Below, one piece after another: positions 1 to 9,446 of a stretch of 64,000 nucleotides of DNA; position 1 is the stretch's first letter; each line of letters starts with the position of its first letter. The notes beneath the pieces are model-generated. The model ran no database searches. It saw nothing but the letters and a program-made list of their open reading frames with translations, and was not told the origin of the DNA. The translations under genes were made by a program, and so were the position numbers. This DNA is from Acidobacteriaceae bacterium (GTDB taxonomy: Bacteria > Acidobacteriota > Terriglobia > Terriglobales > Acidobacteriaceae): positions 2,625-66,624 of the forward strand of contig JBARFA010000005.1 of NCBI GenBank assembly GCA_049796755.1, read 5' to 3'.

Positions 1-333
1 TTTTTCTTCAGCCAATACATTCTTCAGCGCAGCGAGGAATTCTATCCGGAGCCATTGCGGTTCGATCCGGAGCGCTTTACTCCGGAGCAGAAAGCAGTGC
101 GGCCGCGGTTTGCCTATTTTCCCTTTGGCGGCGGCTCCCGCCAGTGTATTGGCGAGGCATTCGCATGGATGGAAGGCGTGCTGATTTTGGCGACCCTGGC
201 GCAGCAATGGAGTTTCCACATGGTTCCCGGTCAGACGGTCGATGTGCAGCCCAAAATCACTTTGCGGCCGAAATATCCGATGATAATGACTGCGGAGGAA
301 CGAGGCGTCAATTCTGCTAGGCTCAAAATGTGA
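1..333 (+). CDS. cytochrome P450, C-terminal fragment (5' end outside window)
   Basis: Frame 1 is open from base 1. It contains the heme-thiolate loop FPFGGGSRQCIG. The TGA stop at 331-333 overlaps the GTG start of the next gene. Confidence 0.85.
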   Translation, partial: FFFSQYILQRSEEFYPEPLRFDPERFTPEQKAVRPRFAYFPFGGGSRQCIGEAFAWMEGVLILATLAQQWSFHMVPGQTVDVQPKITLRPKYPMIMTAEERGVNSARLKM

Positions 334-1427
334 ACTTTCGCAGCTTTCTGGGCAATGAAGCGACCGTGCGGCAACTGCAGGAATCCGCCGCATCCGGACG
401 TCTGCCGCATGCGATTCTGCTTTCTGGGCCGCGCGGCGCGGGCAAGTACTCATTGGCGATTGCGCTGGCGCAGGCGCTGAATTGCCTTGATCCGCAAACC
501 TTCAACGGACTGCCGGATGCCTGCGATGTATGCCACAACTGCACCCGAATTGCCGCCGCGCTGGACCTGGACGCGCGCGTGGCAGAAGCGGTTGAGGCGC
601 GGGAAGACCTGCGCGATGCCGACCGCAAAGATACTCGCATCCTGATCCAGACCCATCCGGATGTGCTGGTGGTGCCGCCCGATCCGCCGCAGAATTTAGT
701 CAAGGTGGGCCAGGTTCGGTCGCTGATCCACAATGTGCAGCGAGCACCGTCGGAAGGAAAAGACAAGATCTACATCTTTCCGACCGCCAAATTTATGAGC
801 GAGGCAGCCAATTCCCTGCTGAAAGTACTGGAAGAACCGCCGGAGTACGCTCATTTGCTGTTGCTGGCGGAAAACCCGTCGGACCTGCTTCCGACCATTC
901 GCTCCCGCTGCAGCCAGATGCGGTTGCACGCCGTGCCGATGGAGACATTGGAAAAAATCCTGGCCGAGCGGCACCCGGAATGGCCATCTGCTCGACGCGC
1001 GCTGGTAGCGCGACTGGCGGAAGGAACCATTGGACGGACGATTTCATTCGATGCCGATACCTATCTTGCGAGCCGCAAGGACGCCCTGCTGCTGCTGCGG
1101 ACAGCTACGGCTGAACCGGACCACTCAGCGCTATTTCGAGTGACGGAAACCTATCGCGCCGGGGCGGAGGGTCAGCAGAAGACTCAGGATTTGCTGCGCA
1201 GTCTATACCTATTGCTGGAGGACATGATGTTACTGCAGGCTGGACAGCAGGATATGGTGCGCAACATCGACATTTTGCCGGAACTTCGCCGTCTGGCCGA
1301 GAGTGTTTCGTTCGATTGGATTGAAAAAGCGGTGCGGCGAGTCGCAGAGGTAGAATCGGGTATGCGACGCAACCTGCTGCGTTCTCTCTCCCTGGACGCG
1401 ATGACGGCAGCTCTCCAGCGGCGGTAA
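330..1427 (+). CDS. holB: DNA polymerase III subunit delta-prime
   Basis: N-terminal GRLPHAILLSGPRGAGKYSLAIALAQALNC (clamp-loader AAA+ P-loop), a Cys cluster CDVCHNC, and an SRC motif (IRSRC). Length is 365 aa. Confidence 0.85.
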   Translation: MNFRSFLGNEATVRQLQESAASGRLPHAILLSGPRGAGKYSLAIALAQALNCLDPQTFNGLPDACDVCHNCTRIAAALDLDARVAEAVEAREDLRDADRKDTRILIQTHPDVLVVPPDPPQNLVKVGQVRSLIHNVQRAPSEGKDKIYIFPTAKFMSEAANSLLKVLEEPPEYAHLLLLAENPSDLLPTIRSRCSQMRLHAVPMETLEKILAERHPEWPSARRALVARLAEGTIGRTISFDADTYLASRKDALLLLRTATAEPDHSALFRVTETYRAGAEGQQKTQDLLRSLYLLLEDMMLLQAGQQDMVRNIDILPELRRLAESVSFDWIEKAVRRVAEVESGMRRNLLRSLSLDAMTAALQRR

Positions 1428-1597
1428 TTCCGAATCGACCTCCCTTGAAAATGAAAAAACAAACACTACAGTTGGAAAACGTTCGGTCTTCGACTAGCAT
1501 CGTATTCATTCAGCAGAATCAATTGGGTTGATGATCTCTCCTCCACCTCAGTCCCGGAGGTTAAAAACCTGGCCCTGCTGTCCGTTCGAATGAATCC

Positions 1598-2053
1598 ATG
1601 CCATTGCCCAAGCCCAAACCGGTGGAGCGCACCGCTGTCGTGGTGGCCGTCCCTGCGCCTTCGCAACCCGCAAACGACTTTTCCGGGCAACGCCGCCTGA
1701 TCCGGCCCAACCTTGCGTTACGGTCGGCTCCGCCTCGCCAGACCACGATTTTTGGCCATGGCCCAGCATTGACAGCCCGCGCCATGCCAGACGGCACGGT
1801 GGAAGACAGCTCGCACGCCGAAGTCTTTTATTTTCAGAAACAGATCCAGGCGCAGACGCGGATGATCGTGATGCTGGAAAACGGTGACGAACTGGAGGGC
1901 GTGATCGAGTGGTATGACCGGTTCGCCATCAAGCTGCGAAACGTGGGCCGTGGCGGCCCACAAAATGGCTCCCGAACCCGCGTACTCGTCTATAAAGACA
2001 GCATCCGCTACATCTATAAAGCCGGCGAAAACCTACCTCAAACCATGTCGTAG
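1598..2053 (+). CDS. Hfq-like Sm-fold protein with Pro/Ala-rich N-terminal extension (start uncertain; alternative ATG at 1784)
   Basis: The C-terminal about 75 aa resembles the Hfq Sm1/Sm2 motifs (MIVMLENGDELEGVIEWYDRFAIKL ... VLVYKDSIRYIY; compare the Hfq YKHAI motif). Confidence 0.45.
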   Translation: MPLPKPKPVERTAVVVAVPAPSQPANDFSGQRRLIRPNLALRSAPPRQTTIFGHGPALTARAMPDGTVEDSSHAEVFYFQKQIQAQTRMIVMLENGDELEGVIEWYDRFAIKLRNVGRGGPQNGSRTRVLVYKDSIRYIYKAGENLPQTMS

Positions 2054-2061
2054 TTGCGCAT

Positions 2062-2613
2062 CTAGTGAGCGGGATGCCGGGTCGACACGAAGAGTAGTAG
2101 CGTCCAATAGCCTGCCAGCAAGATGAGCGAGGCAACTGCCCAGACCGCCAACACTTGAGTCCAATTCAGCGGTAGCCTTTCAAGAACTGTCATTTTGGAC
2201 GAAAACAAGAATCTCCTTTTTCGTTCAATCCGATAGGTGCCAATTGGCACCAACGGCAACCAGAAAATCACAATGAAAATGGTTGTGATGAACTGCTCCA
2301 TTCCTGAGGCTCGGTCGAACTGGTGGTCGAACTTCGAATAGCGTTCTCGTCCTATCCCGAGGGGATGGAAGACTGCGAGGTGTCCGATGTTGTTAGCCCT
2401 TTCACCTTCAGCTCTCGCTTCTTCCTGCTGAAACTCTCGCTTGCGTTCTTCCGTCGCAATGCCGCGATTACGCATCACGATCGACAACGCCTGGTTGGCA
2501 TCGTCGGTCAATTGATCGGACTCCAGCGATAAGCGCAGGAGTTCTTCGTCTGTCCTAGCCTCGTATTCATGAAGAAAATTAACTGGCTGCATCCGAATTA
2601 TCTCCAGCGCCAA
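2062..2613 (-). CDS. hypothetical membrane protein
   Basis: 183-aa ORF with a charged N-terminal half and two or three hydrophobic C-terminal segments. No recognisable domain. Confidence 0.5.
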   Translation of the reverse strand: MALEIIRMQPVNFLHEYEARTDEELLRLSLESDQLTDDANQALSIVMRNRGIATEERKREFQQEEARAEGERANNIGHLAVFHPLGIGRERYSKFDHQFDRASGMEQFITTIFIVIFWLPLVPIGTYRIERKRRFLFSSKMTVLERLPLNWTQVLAVWAVASLILLAGYWTLLLFVSTRHPAH

Positions 2614-2687
2614 CTTCGTTTGCAGTGAGTGTAATTCACACGGCCAGCCCTTGCGGGATGAGTGCTAGGAATGTCTTTGAGTCCGCT

Positions 2688-3821
2688 CTACACTTTGCGA
2701 GCGGCCTTCAGCAGGCGATCGCGAATGGCCGCACCCAGGCCTGAATCGGCCGGCAATGGGCACAGAATGATCTGCGCTCCCATGGCGTCCAGCGTTCGCA
2801 GTCCAGCAAAGAGGCGCTGTGCCAACTCCTGATCATCCTCCCAGTTTCCCCAGGCAAAGTGAATGCCGCTAAATCCGTCGGGCAACGGCCATTCCGCAGG
2901 GAGGAGGACGCCAATTTTCTGCGCGGTGTCTAACTGTTCCTGCACCGCGTGCAGCCAGAGCTTCCGGCGAGTGTTTTCCGTGTGCTCGCTTATATCCAGC
3001 AGAACGACGCCGGCGTTGGGCGCGTAGTGGCGCATGTCCACGCCCGGGGATGGCAAGGATTCCGGTGGCATCGCACCGGTTTTGGCCGATCGATAGAGGA
3101 CCAATGGCCCGGCAATGGATTCAATTTCCTCTGCGGGGATGGCACCCGGTCGATAGAGAATGAATTCGTGATCGCGAACTTCAATCACCGTCGACTCCAC
3201 GCCGCACCAGGCGGGACCGCTATCCAGCACCAGATCGATGCGGCCGTCGAGGTCCTCCAACACATGCTGCGCGGTGGTGGGGCTGGTATGGCCGAAGCGA
3301 TTGGCGCTGGGCGCCGCGATGGGAAGATTGGCCGCATCGATGAGCGCCAGCGCCACCGGATGGGCAGGCATGCGAACGCCAACGAGTTCGCGGCCAGCGG
3401 TCACAACTGAAGGCACGGCTGGCTGCTTCGGTAAAAGGATGGTCAATGGGCCGGGCCAGAATTGGTCCATGAGTGCATCGATTTTTTGCTGCGCATTTCC
3501 TGGCACGCGAATCGTGATTTTCGCCAACATATCGCGATCGGATATGTGGACGATCATGGGATCCCAGGAGGGCCGCTGCTTGGCGAGAAAAATCTTTTCC
3601 ACAGCAGCTGGATTGAGCGCGTTTGCACCCAGGCCATACACCGTCTCTGTAGGAAACGCCACGGTACCGCCGGAACGAATGACTTCCGCAGCCTGGGAAA
3701 GAGCGGTTTGCGCGGCTACGGACGAGGTGGAATCGGCAGAAATCTCCAGCCGGATTGTTTTGTTAGGGATCATAACGGTTTGTAAAAGCTGCGTGCGCCC
3801 CGCTGGCCTTCCGTCTTTCAT
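2688..3821 (-). CDS. tsaC: L-threonylcarbamoyladenylate synthase (Sua5/YrdC plus Sua5 C-terminal domain)
   Basis: YrdC-fold signature VAFPTETVYGLGANA plus SANRFGHTSPTTA. The 377-aa length fits the long Sua5 type. Confidence 0.85.
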   Translation of the reverse strand: MKDGRPAGRTQLLQTVMIPNKTIRLEISADSTSSVAAQTALSQAAEVIRSGGTVAFPTETVYGLGANALNPAAVEKIFLAKQRPSWDPMIVHISDRDMLAKITIRVPGNAQQKIDALMDQFWPGPLTILLPKQPAVPSVVTAGRELVGVRMPAHPVALALIDAANLPIAAPSANRFGHTSPTTAQHVLEDLDGRIDLVLDSGPAWCGVESTVIEVRDHEFILYRPGAIPAEEIESIAGPLVLYRSAKTGAMPPESLPSPGVDMRHYAPNAGVVLLDISEHTENTRRKLWLHAVQEQLDTAQKIGVLLPAEWPLPDGFSGIHFAWGNWEDDQELAQRLFAGLRTLDAMGAQIILCPLPADSGLGAAIRDRLLKAARKV

Positions 3822-3905
3822 CCTAATGTGTCAAACGGTTGATTCGTGCAGACGGCCGGCATCTGCGAAACTATGGGTATGAGCGGGGAGACGGCGACAG
3901 GCAAG

Positions 3906-4490
3906 ATGGAAACTGAAATCAAAGTTCGATTGAAAGATCGCGCCGGGTTCACCATGCAGCTGCCGGCGCTGGGATTTCATCTGCAGACGGCGGAGACGAT
4001 GGAGCGCAATGTGTTGTTCGACAAACCCGACGGCGAGTTGCGGCAGCGCGGCGAATTGCTGCGCATTCGTCAGTACGGTGACCGCTGGGTGCTGACTCAT
4101 AAAGCGCCGGTGGAAAGCTCTGCGAACAGCACCCATAAAGTGCGCACGGAAACGGAAATCGAAATTGAGGATGGCCGTCCGCTGGCGGCAATTTTCGAAC
4201 GGCTGGGGTTTGCGCCCATGTTTGTTTACGAGAAGCTTCGCACAGAATGGGCCGATAACGAAGGACACGTCGTGGTGGATGTGACTCCCATTGGAGACTT
4301 CGCCGAGCTGGAAGGCAGCTCGGAGTGGATCGATCGAATCGCGGCTAAGCTTGGCATCTCGCCGGAAAATTACATGAAGGCGAGCTATGGTCAGCTGTTC
4401 CAGGAATGGAAACGTGCGACCGGCCATCCGGCGGTGAACATGACCTTCGCCGAGATTGGCAATCAGGAAGCCCATCCAGCGACGCGATAG
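3906..4490 (+). CDS. CYTH-domain protein (class IV adenylate cyclase / triphosphatase family)
   Basis: ExExK signature at the N-terminus (METEIKVRL), followed by acidic beta-strand motifs EIEIE and FAELE. The longest ORF starts at 3846; I chose the ATG at 3906. Confidence 0.7.
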   Translation: METEIKVRLKDRAGFTMQLPALGFHLQTAETMERNVLFDKPDGELRQRGELLRIRQYGDRWVLTHKAPVESSANSTHKVRTETEIEIEDGRPLAAIFERLGFAPMFVYEKLRTEWADNEGHVVVDVTPIGDFAELEGSSEWIDRIAAKLGISPENYMKASYGQLFQEWKRATGHPAVNMTFAEIGNQEAHPATR

Positions 4491-4624
4491 ATTCTGTGCA
4501 GCATTTCCTCAGATTTTTTTGACGCACGCAAGCGAGTTTGATTTAACGTCTCATGTGGAACGGATATTCCGCCGATACTGTTGGGAAAGATTCCGGCTGA
4601 GACGAGCACCCCGAAAGGAACTGG

Positions 4625-5368
4625 ATGCAATCTGGGAAGAAAGCACCGTTGAAGAAGGCAAAGAGAGCCAGCCGAGGCAAGGCGAAAAGTAAAACCAATC
4701 AACATACAATCTCTGAAAAGAAGCTTGCGCCTCGCAAGAAAGTGGCAGGCAGCGCGAAGTCCGGCACATCGAAATCAATTTCTTCCGGTTCCGCGCTGAA
4801 CGGAAATAAAGGCGGAAAGGTCGCACTGGTTTCCTCCAAGCTCGTGTATCAGGGACCCCTGTTTGACGTGTATACGGACTATGTACGCGAGCCCGAGGGT
4901 GAGACTGCCCGCCGCGATGTGATTCGGCACTCCGGTTCGGTTGTGATTCTCGCGGTGGATGGCACGCGCGACCCGGCCGATCCGATGATCGTCGTCGAAC
5001 GCCAATATCGCCACGCCGCCGGACAGTATATGTGGGAGATTCCAGCGGGTCGCAAGGAGCCGGAGGAAGATGTGCTGCCGGGCGCGAAGCGCGAATTGCT
5101 GGAGGAGACCGGATATATTGCCAAGCGCTGGAGTAAGATCGCGCGGTTCTATGTGAGTCCGGGGTTTCTGGGCGAGTGGATGCAGGTGTATCTGGCAGAG
5201 GGCTTGAGTTGCGGAGAGTCTGCGCCGGATGAGGACGAATATATTCAGCACCAGCAGATTCCTCTATCGCAGGCGCTGGAGTGGGTGGACAGCGGAAAAA
5301 TTATCGACGCAAAATCCATCATCGCAATTTTGATGTATGTGCGTCGTCGCGCCGCTGGAATTTCCTAA
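4625..5368 (+). CDS. NUDIX hydrolase (ADP-ribose pyrophosphatase-like) with Lys-rich N-terminal tail
   Basis: Nudix box GRKEPEEDVLPGAKRELLEETGY. The N-terminal about 70 aa is K/A/S-rich low complexity. Confidence 0.75.
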   Translation: MQSGKKAPLKKAKRASRGKAKSKTNQHTISEKKLAPRKKVAGSAKSGTSKSISSGSALNGNKGGKVALVSSKLVYQGPLFDVYTDYVREPEGETARRDVIRHSGSVVILAVDGTRDPADPMIVVERQYRHAAGQYMWEIPAGRKEPEEDVLPGAKRELLEETGYIAKRWSKIARFYVSPGFLGEWMQVYLAEGLSCGESAPDEDEYIQHQQIPLSQALEWVDSGKIIDAKSIIAILMYVRRRAAGIS

Positions 5369-5611
5369 CAACGATTCCCAAATCGGCACTCTCACGGCAT
5401 CGTCCGCTTGACCTCGAGTGCACCCGCATTTTTCCACAATAAATATCATCTCTTGGGCCGCGAAAAACATCGGGCGATCTGTCTTTCGCCATTTCTTCTG
5501 CTCCACATTCATATTTTTTTCATTCTCTGCATAACAATTCGTTGCTTCCCACGTCTATATCGGCAGGATCCCTTGGCGGTTTCCGATCTGTAGATTAGAG
5601 GTGCGTGTTCC

Positions 5612-5848
5612 GTGTCTCAGCACAAAGGCAAAGTGAAGTGGTTCAATAATGCTAAAGGGTTCGGATTCATTGGGCGCGACGATGGTCCCGATGTATTCGT
5701 GCATTACACAGCAATTCAAACTGATGGGTATAAGAGCCTGAAGGAAGGCGACCCTGTCGAGTTTGACATCGTGCAGGGAGATAAAGGACCACAAGCGGAT
5801 CAGGTGATGCGCTTGCAAGATGCGGTCCACGAGACGATGCGAAGCTAA
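5612..5848 (+). CDS. cspA: cold-shock protein (CspA family)
   Basis: [16 protein letters not shown] (RNP1) and DVFVHY (RNP2). GTG start preceded by AGAGGTG. Confidence 0.9.
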   Translation: MSQHKGKVKWFNNAKGFGFIGRDDGPDVFVHYTAIQTDGYKSLKEGDPVEFDIVQGDKGPQADQVMRLQDAVHETMRS

Positions 5849-6003
5849 CGCTCATCTCCACAGCGGTTTTCTTGAATTGCAGTAGCTTTGCAATGGATTG
5901 AGTTCGTGTGCGCTCACCTGCGTCTCACGCATCCGAAACAATCCAGGCCGTAGTTGTGGTGCGACCGCATGTAATCTGAACCTTCATTCAATATGGCTTC
6001 CTG

Positions 6004-6032
6004 ACCCGGCCCCTGTGCCGGGTTTTCATTTT
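6004..6032 (+). terminator. intrinsic terminator about 155 nt downstream of csp
   Basis: Stem ACCCGGC / GCCGGGT with a 6-nt loop, followed by TTTTCATTTT. Confidence 0.6.
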
Positions 6033-6082
6033 CGTCGGCCGGGTGCGATGATGCCTTCGAGGGCTCGGAATTTTCGTCCGGT

Positions 6083-7837
6083 TTGATCGCCATGGAAAAT
6101 CGCCAGATTGCACAAATATTGTCGGAGACGGCCGACCTGCTGGAAGTGAGCGCGGCCGACTCATTTCGCATTCGTTCCTATCGCCGCGCCGCGGAGGTGG
6201 TGGAGCAGAGCACGATTGCACTGGGTGCGCTGGCGGCGGAGCCAAAGAGATTGCTGGAGATTCCCGGCATCGGCAAAGGGATGGCGGCAAATATTGTTGA
6301 GCTAGAGAAGACAGGCACGCTGAGCCTGCACCAGGATTTGCTGGCCAAATACAAACCATCGATGCTGGAGTTGTTGCGACTGCCTGGCATGGGGCCGAAA
6401 ACAGTAGCACTGTTCTGGGATGCCGCGCAAATTTCAAGTGTTGACGAGTTGGAAGCAGCCTGCAAAGAGGGCCGCCTGGATAACCTGCCGCGGTGTGGCC
6501 CCAAGCAGGTGGCGAAGCTGCTTCAAGGCATCGCGGAATATCGCAAAAACATTGGACGATTCCACCTGGATGACGCCGAGCTGGCGGCAGAAAAGTTGAC
6601 GGAATATCTGCGCAATTGTCCGGGCATTGACCGCGTGACGCCGGCAGGCTCATTGCGCCGCGGGCGGGAAACGGTGGGCGATCTGGATTTTCTGATCACC
6701 GGTCCGGCCTGCGAAGAAGACAAGGTCGCGGCGGTTGTGGAATACGTCGCTGCCTATCCACCCATCGCCGACATTCTTGGCAAGGGACAGAACAAAGTGA
6801 GCTTTCGGCTGCGGCAAGGTTTGCAGGTGGATGTGCGCATGCTGCCGGAAAAAAGTTATGGCGCCGCGCTGCAATACTTCACCGGCTCCAAGCTGCACAA
6901 CGTGTCTGTACGGCAGCGGGCGTTGAAGATGGGCTACACGTTGAATGAATACGCATTGGCGCGTTTGGACGATGGGACCGCGCTACCCAGCCGGACCGAG
7001 GAAGAAATTTATGCAGCGCTCGGTCTCGATTGGATTCCCCCAGAACTGCGGGAGGATTTGGGAGAAATTGAAGCAGCCGCGGAGCAAAGACTTCCCAAGC
7101 TGATCGAGCAGTCTGACATTCGTGGCGATCTGCACATGCACACGAATGAGACGGACGGTAAAAACACAATCCGGGAAATGGCGGATGCAGCATCGGCGCG
7201 CGGCTACGAATATATTGCAATCACGGATCACTCAAAAAATCTTGCCATGACGAATGGCCTGGACGATGTCCGCGCGCTGCAGCACATCGAACGCATCCGC
7301 GCCGTCGATCGCGAGATGGAGGGGCGGATTCGCGTGTTCCCCGGCATAGAAGTCGATATTCTGGTCGACGGAGCTCTCGATCTTTCTGACGAAGTTCTGG
7401 CGCAGATGGATGTAGTTGTGGCCAGCGTGCATTCGCATTTTGGTCAGCCGTCGGAACAGATGACGGAACGAATTTTGCGCGCGATCGAAAATCCTTTTGT
7501 GCGAATCCTTGGACATCCGACTGGCCGTTTATTGCTGCGTCGCGAGGCATACGCTCTCGACCTGGATACTATTCTGAAGCGCTGCGCCGAGTTGGGAGTT
7601 GCGGTGGAACACAATGCCTACCCGGACCGATTGGACCTGAATGATCGCAATCTTCGGCGCGCCCGGGAGCTGGGATGCAAGATTGTTGTGAACACGGATT
7701 CCCACCATACTTCGCACCTGGAAAAGATGCGTTATGGCATTCGCCAGCTCCGCCGAGCCGGCCTGAGGGCGGAAGATGTTGTAAATACAAGGTCAGCGGC
7801 GGAGGTGCTCAGTCAATTGCGTCCTCGAATTCTCTAA
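6083..7837 (+). CDS. polX: DNA polymerase/3'-5' exonuclease PolX (Pol X core plus PHP domain)
   Basis: N-terminal HhH Pol-beta-like region (NRQIAQILSETADLLE, GIGKGMA, GMGPKT), the nucleotidyltransferase motif GDLDFL, and C-terminal PHP motifs GDLHMHT and TDHS. Confidence 0.9.
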   Translation: MIAMENRQIAQILSETADLLEVSAADSFRIRSYRRAAEVVEQSTIALGALAAEPKRLLEIPGIGKGMAANIVELEKTGTLSLHQDLLAKYKPSMLELLRLPGMGPKTVALFWDAAQISSVDELEAACKEGRLDNLPRCGPKQVAKLLQGIAEYRKNIGRFHLDDAELAAEKLTEYLRNCPGIDRVTPAGSLRRGRETVGDLDFLITGPACEEDKVAAVVEYVAAYPPIADILGKGQNKVSFRLRQGLQVDVRMLPEKSYGAALQYFTGSKLHNVSVRQRALKMGYTLNEYALARLDDGTALPSRTEEEIYAALGLDWIPPELREDLGEIEAAAEQRLPKLIEQSDIRGDLHMHTNETDGKNTIREMADAASARGYEYIAITDHSKNLAMTNGLDDVRALQHIERIRAVDREMEGRIRVFPGIEVDILVDGALDLSDEVLAQMDVVVASVHSHFGQPSEQMTERILRAIENPFVRILGHPTGRLLLRREAYALDLDTILKRCAELGVAVEHNAYPDRLDLNDRNLRRARELGCKIVVNTDSHHTSHLEKMRYGIRQLRRAGLRAEDVVNTRSAAEVLSQLRPRIL

Positions 7838-7884
7838 ACTTTCTGTGCTGATTTCCTCGGATTCCGAGTAAACTGCTTGCAACC

Positions 7885-8544
7885 ATGATTACCCCCGAAT
7901 CTTCAGCTCCCGAGACGTCGCAAGAAGAGCCGTCCCTACCGCCCTCGACGCGGACCCCAAATGTGGGTGCGCTCGAGATGGATGAGATTGAGCCAGTCGA
8001 ACCCTGGCGCCCGCTTGTCGTTCCCGGCATTATCGTTGTCATAGGCTTATGCATCGCATGGGCGCTGTTTGCATACTTCGGGCGCTCAAAACCGGATGCC
8101 TCCGCCAGTTTGTTGCGGCAGTATGCGTATCAGGTTCAGGTGGACTCTGGCGCGTCCCCGCAAGGTCCGGGAATGCCGGGGGCGTTGCCGGAGCAGGATG
8201 AGACGGTGCTGCTGGTGCAAGCGCGAGTCACTAATGTCAGCAAAGACCCGCTCACGCTGTTTGACCTGGTTTCCGACATCAAGATGCCGGGGCAATCGAG
8301 CGGCGATGAAAGCTCCGCAGCCCTACCTGAAGATATCGATCGCTTCATGCAGCGCTTTCCGCAATTGACCGCGATGAGCATGGCACCGTTGACCCGCCAC
8401 ACAGTCATTCCGCCGGGAGGTTCTGTGGAAGGTTTGATGGTGTTCGCCTATCCCTGGACGAAGGCGCAATGGACTCAGCGCAAGAGCGGACAGGTCATTA
8501 TCAGTTTCCAGCACGGACGGTCTGTAGCGCTTCCGTTGCAGTAG
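7885..8544 (+). CDS. hypothetical membrane-anchored protein
   Basis: 219-aa ORF with a single TM segment (VVPGIIVVIGLCIAWALFAYF) followed by a soluble domain. No family recognised. Confidence 0.5.
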   Translation: MITPESSAPETSQEEPSLPPSTRTPNVGALEMDEIEPVEPWRPLVVPGIIVVIGLCIAWALFAYFGRSKPDASASLLRQYAYQVQVDSGASPQGPGMPGALPEQDETVLLVQARVTNVSKDPLTLFDLVSDIKMPGQSSGDESSAALPEDIDRFMQRFPQLTAMSMAPLTRHTVIPPGGSVEGLMVFAYPWTKAQWTQRKSGQVIISFQHGRSVALPLQ

Positions 8545-8612
8545 GTCGCATTCATTCGCCAACCAGCGTGATGTAGAAGGTCGCAGAGCGTCTGCGCGAA
8601 TCCGTTTACTGA

Positions 8613-9446
8613 CTACGGAACGAACGGCTTGGGCGCATTCTTTGGCGTTGCCAAGTATCCAGACACTTGATTCTTTCCGATTTGATTGACCACCACTTCA
8701 AAAAGCATCGGGTTTTTCCCGGTATAGAACTGCAGCGGCTCGTCGAGATCGCGATTCTTCTTTTCGATCTTCTTATCGTCGGAGTAAATGACGAGCGTGT
8801 AGCGGGAATGCTTGACGTCAGCTTTCTTCAACTGCAACTTCACGATCGAAATGGAAGATGCCGGCTGCCCTTTGTGCAAGGTAAATTGAAAATATTCGCG
8901 ATCTCCCAGATGCTTCAGGTAATCAAGCTGCTGCGAATTGGTTGCGATCAGGCCGCTCTGCACGCCTAAATCGCCGACAACAGCATGGAGTTGCTGTTCA
9001 GTGCTGGCCAGCTCCTTCTGCGTGGTAACAACATCTTTTTTGACGCCGCCCACATCGGTCTGCACATTGGAAACAGCATGCGAGACGTCTGTCACCTTTT
9101 GCTGGGTCGCCGCCTGTTGTCTGGCCATGCGCGCATTCGCCACCTGCTGTTGGTGCAGGATGCTTTGCGCCCGCAGCTCAATTTGCTGTTGGGTAATGCC
9201 GAGCTTGGCTCCAAACTCGTCGTTAGTTGCCCGCATTTGCCGCCATATTTCCGCATCCTGCGCGGACAGACGGTCGATGTGCTCCTGGGCCTGGGTCAAT
9301 TTTGCTTCGGTGGCGTCGAGCCGGCCTTGCAGGAAATAACTCCACGCGAGCGCGCCGATTGCCAATAAGAAGGAGAGCCCAGCGATCAAAATCAACAGGC
9401 CGGGTGAATTTCTCTGCTCCCCGTATAGGTCGTCATCTTCAGGCAT
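8613..9446 (-). CDS. hypothetical membrane-anchored coiled-coil protein
   Basis: N-terminal TM segment (LLILIAGLSFLLAIGALAW), a long Q-rich helical region, and a C-terminal beta-rich domain. GAGGAG lies upstream of the ATG. Confidence 0.55.
   Translation of the reverse strand: MPEDDDLYGEQRNSPGLLILIAGLSFLLAIGALAWSYFLQGRLDATEAKLTQAQEHIDRLSAQDAEIWRQMRATNDEFGAKLGITQQQIELRAQSILHQQQVANARMARQQAATQQKVTDVSHAVSNVQTDVGGVKKDVVTTQKELASTEQQLHAVVGDLGVQSGLIATNSQQLDYLKHLGDREYFQFTLHKGQPASSISIVKLQLKKADVKHSRYTLVIYSDDKKIEKKNRDLDEPLQFYTGKNPMLFEVVVNQIGKNQVSGYLATPKNAPKPFVP

Noticed and set aside
4580-4680. TPP-riboswitch-like fragments (GGCTGAGA ... CACCC ... AACTGGAT)
   Set aside because: Only the CUGAGA/ACCC fragments match. 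The P4-P5 pairing (CUGG...CCAG) and the P1/P2 helices are absent. The region runs into the Nudix coding sequence, and the downstream gene is unrelated to thiamine.
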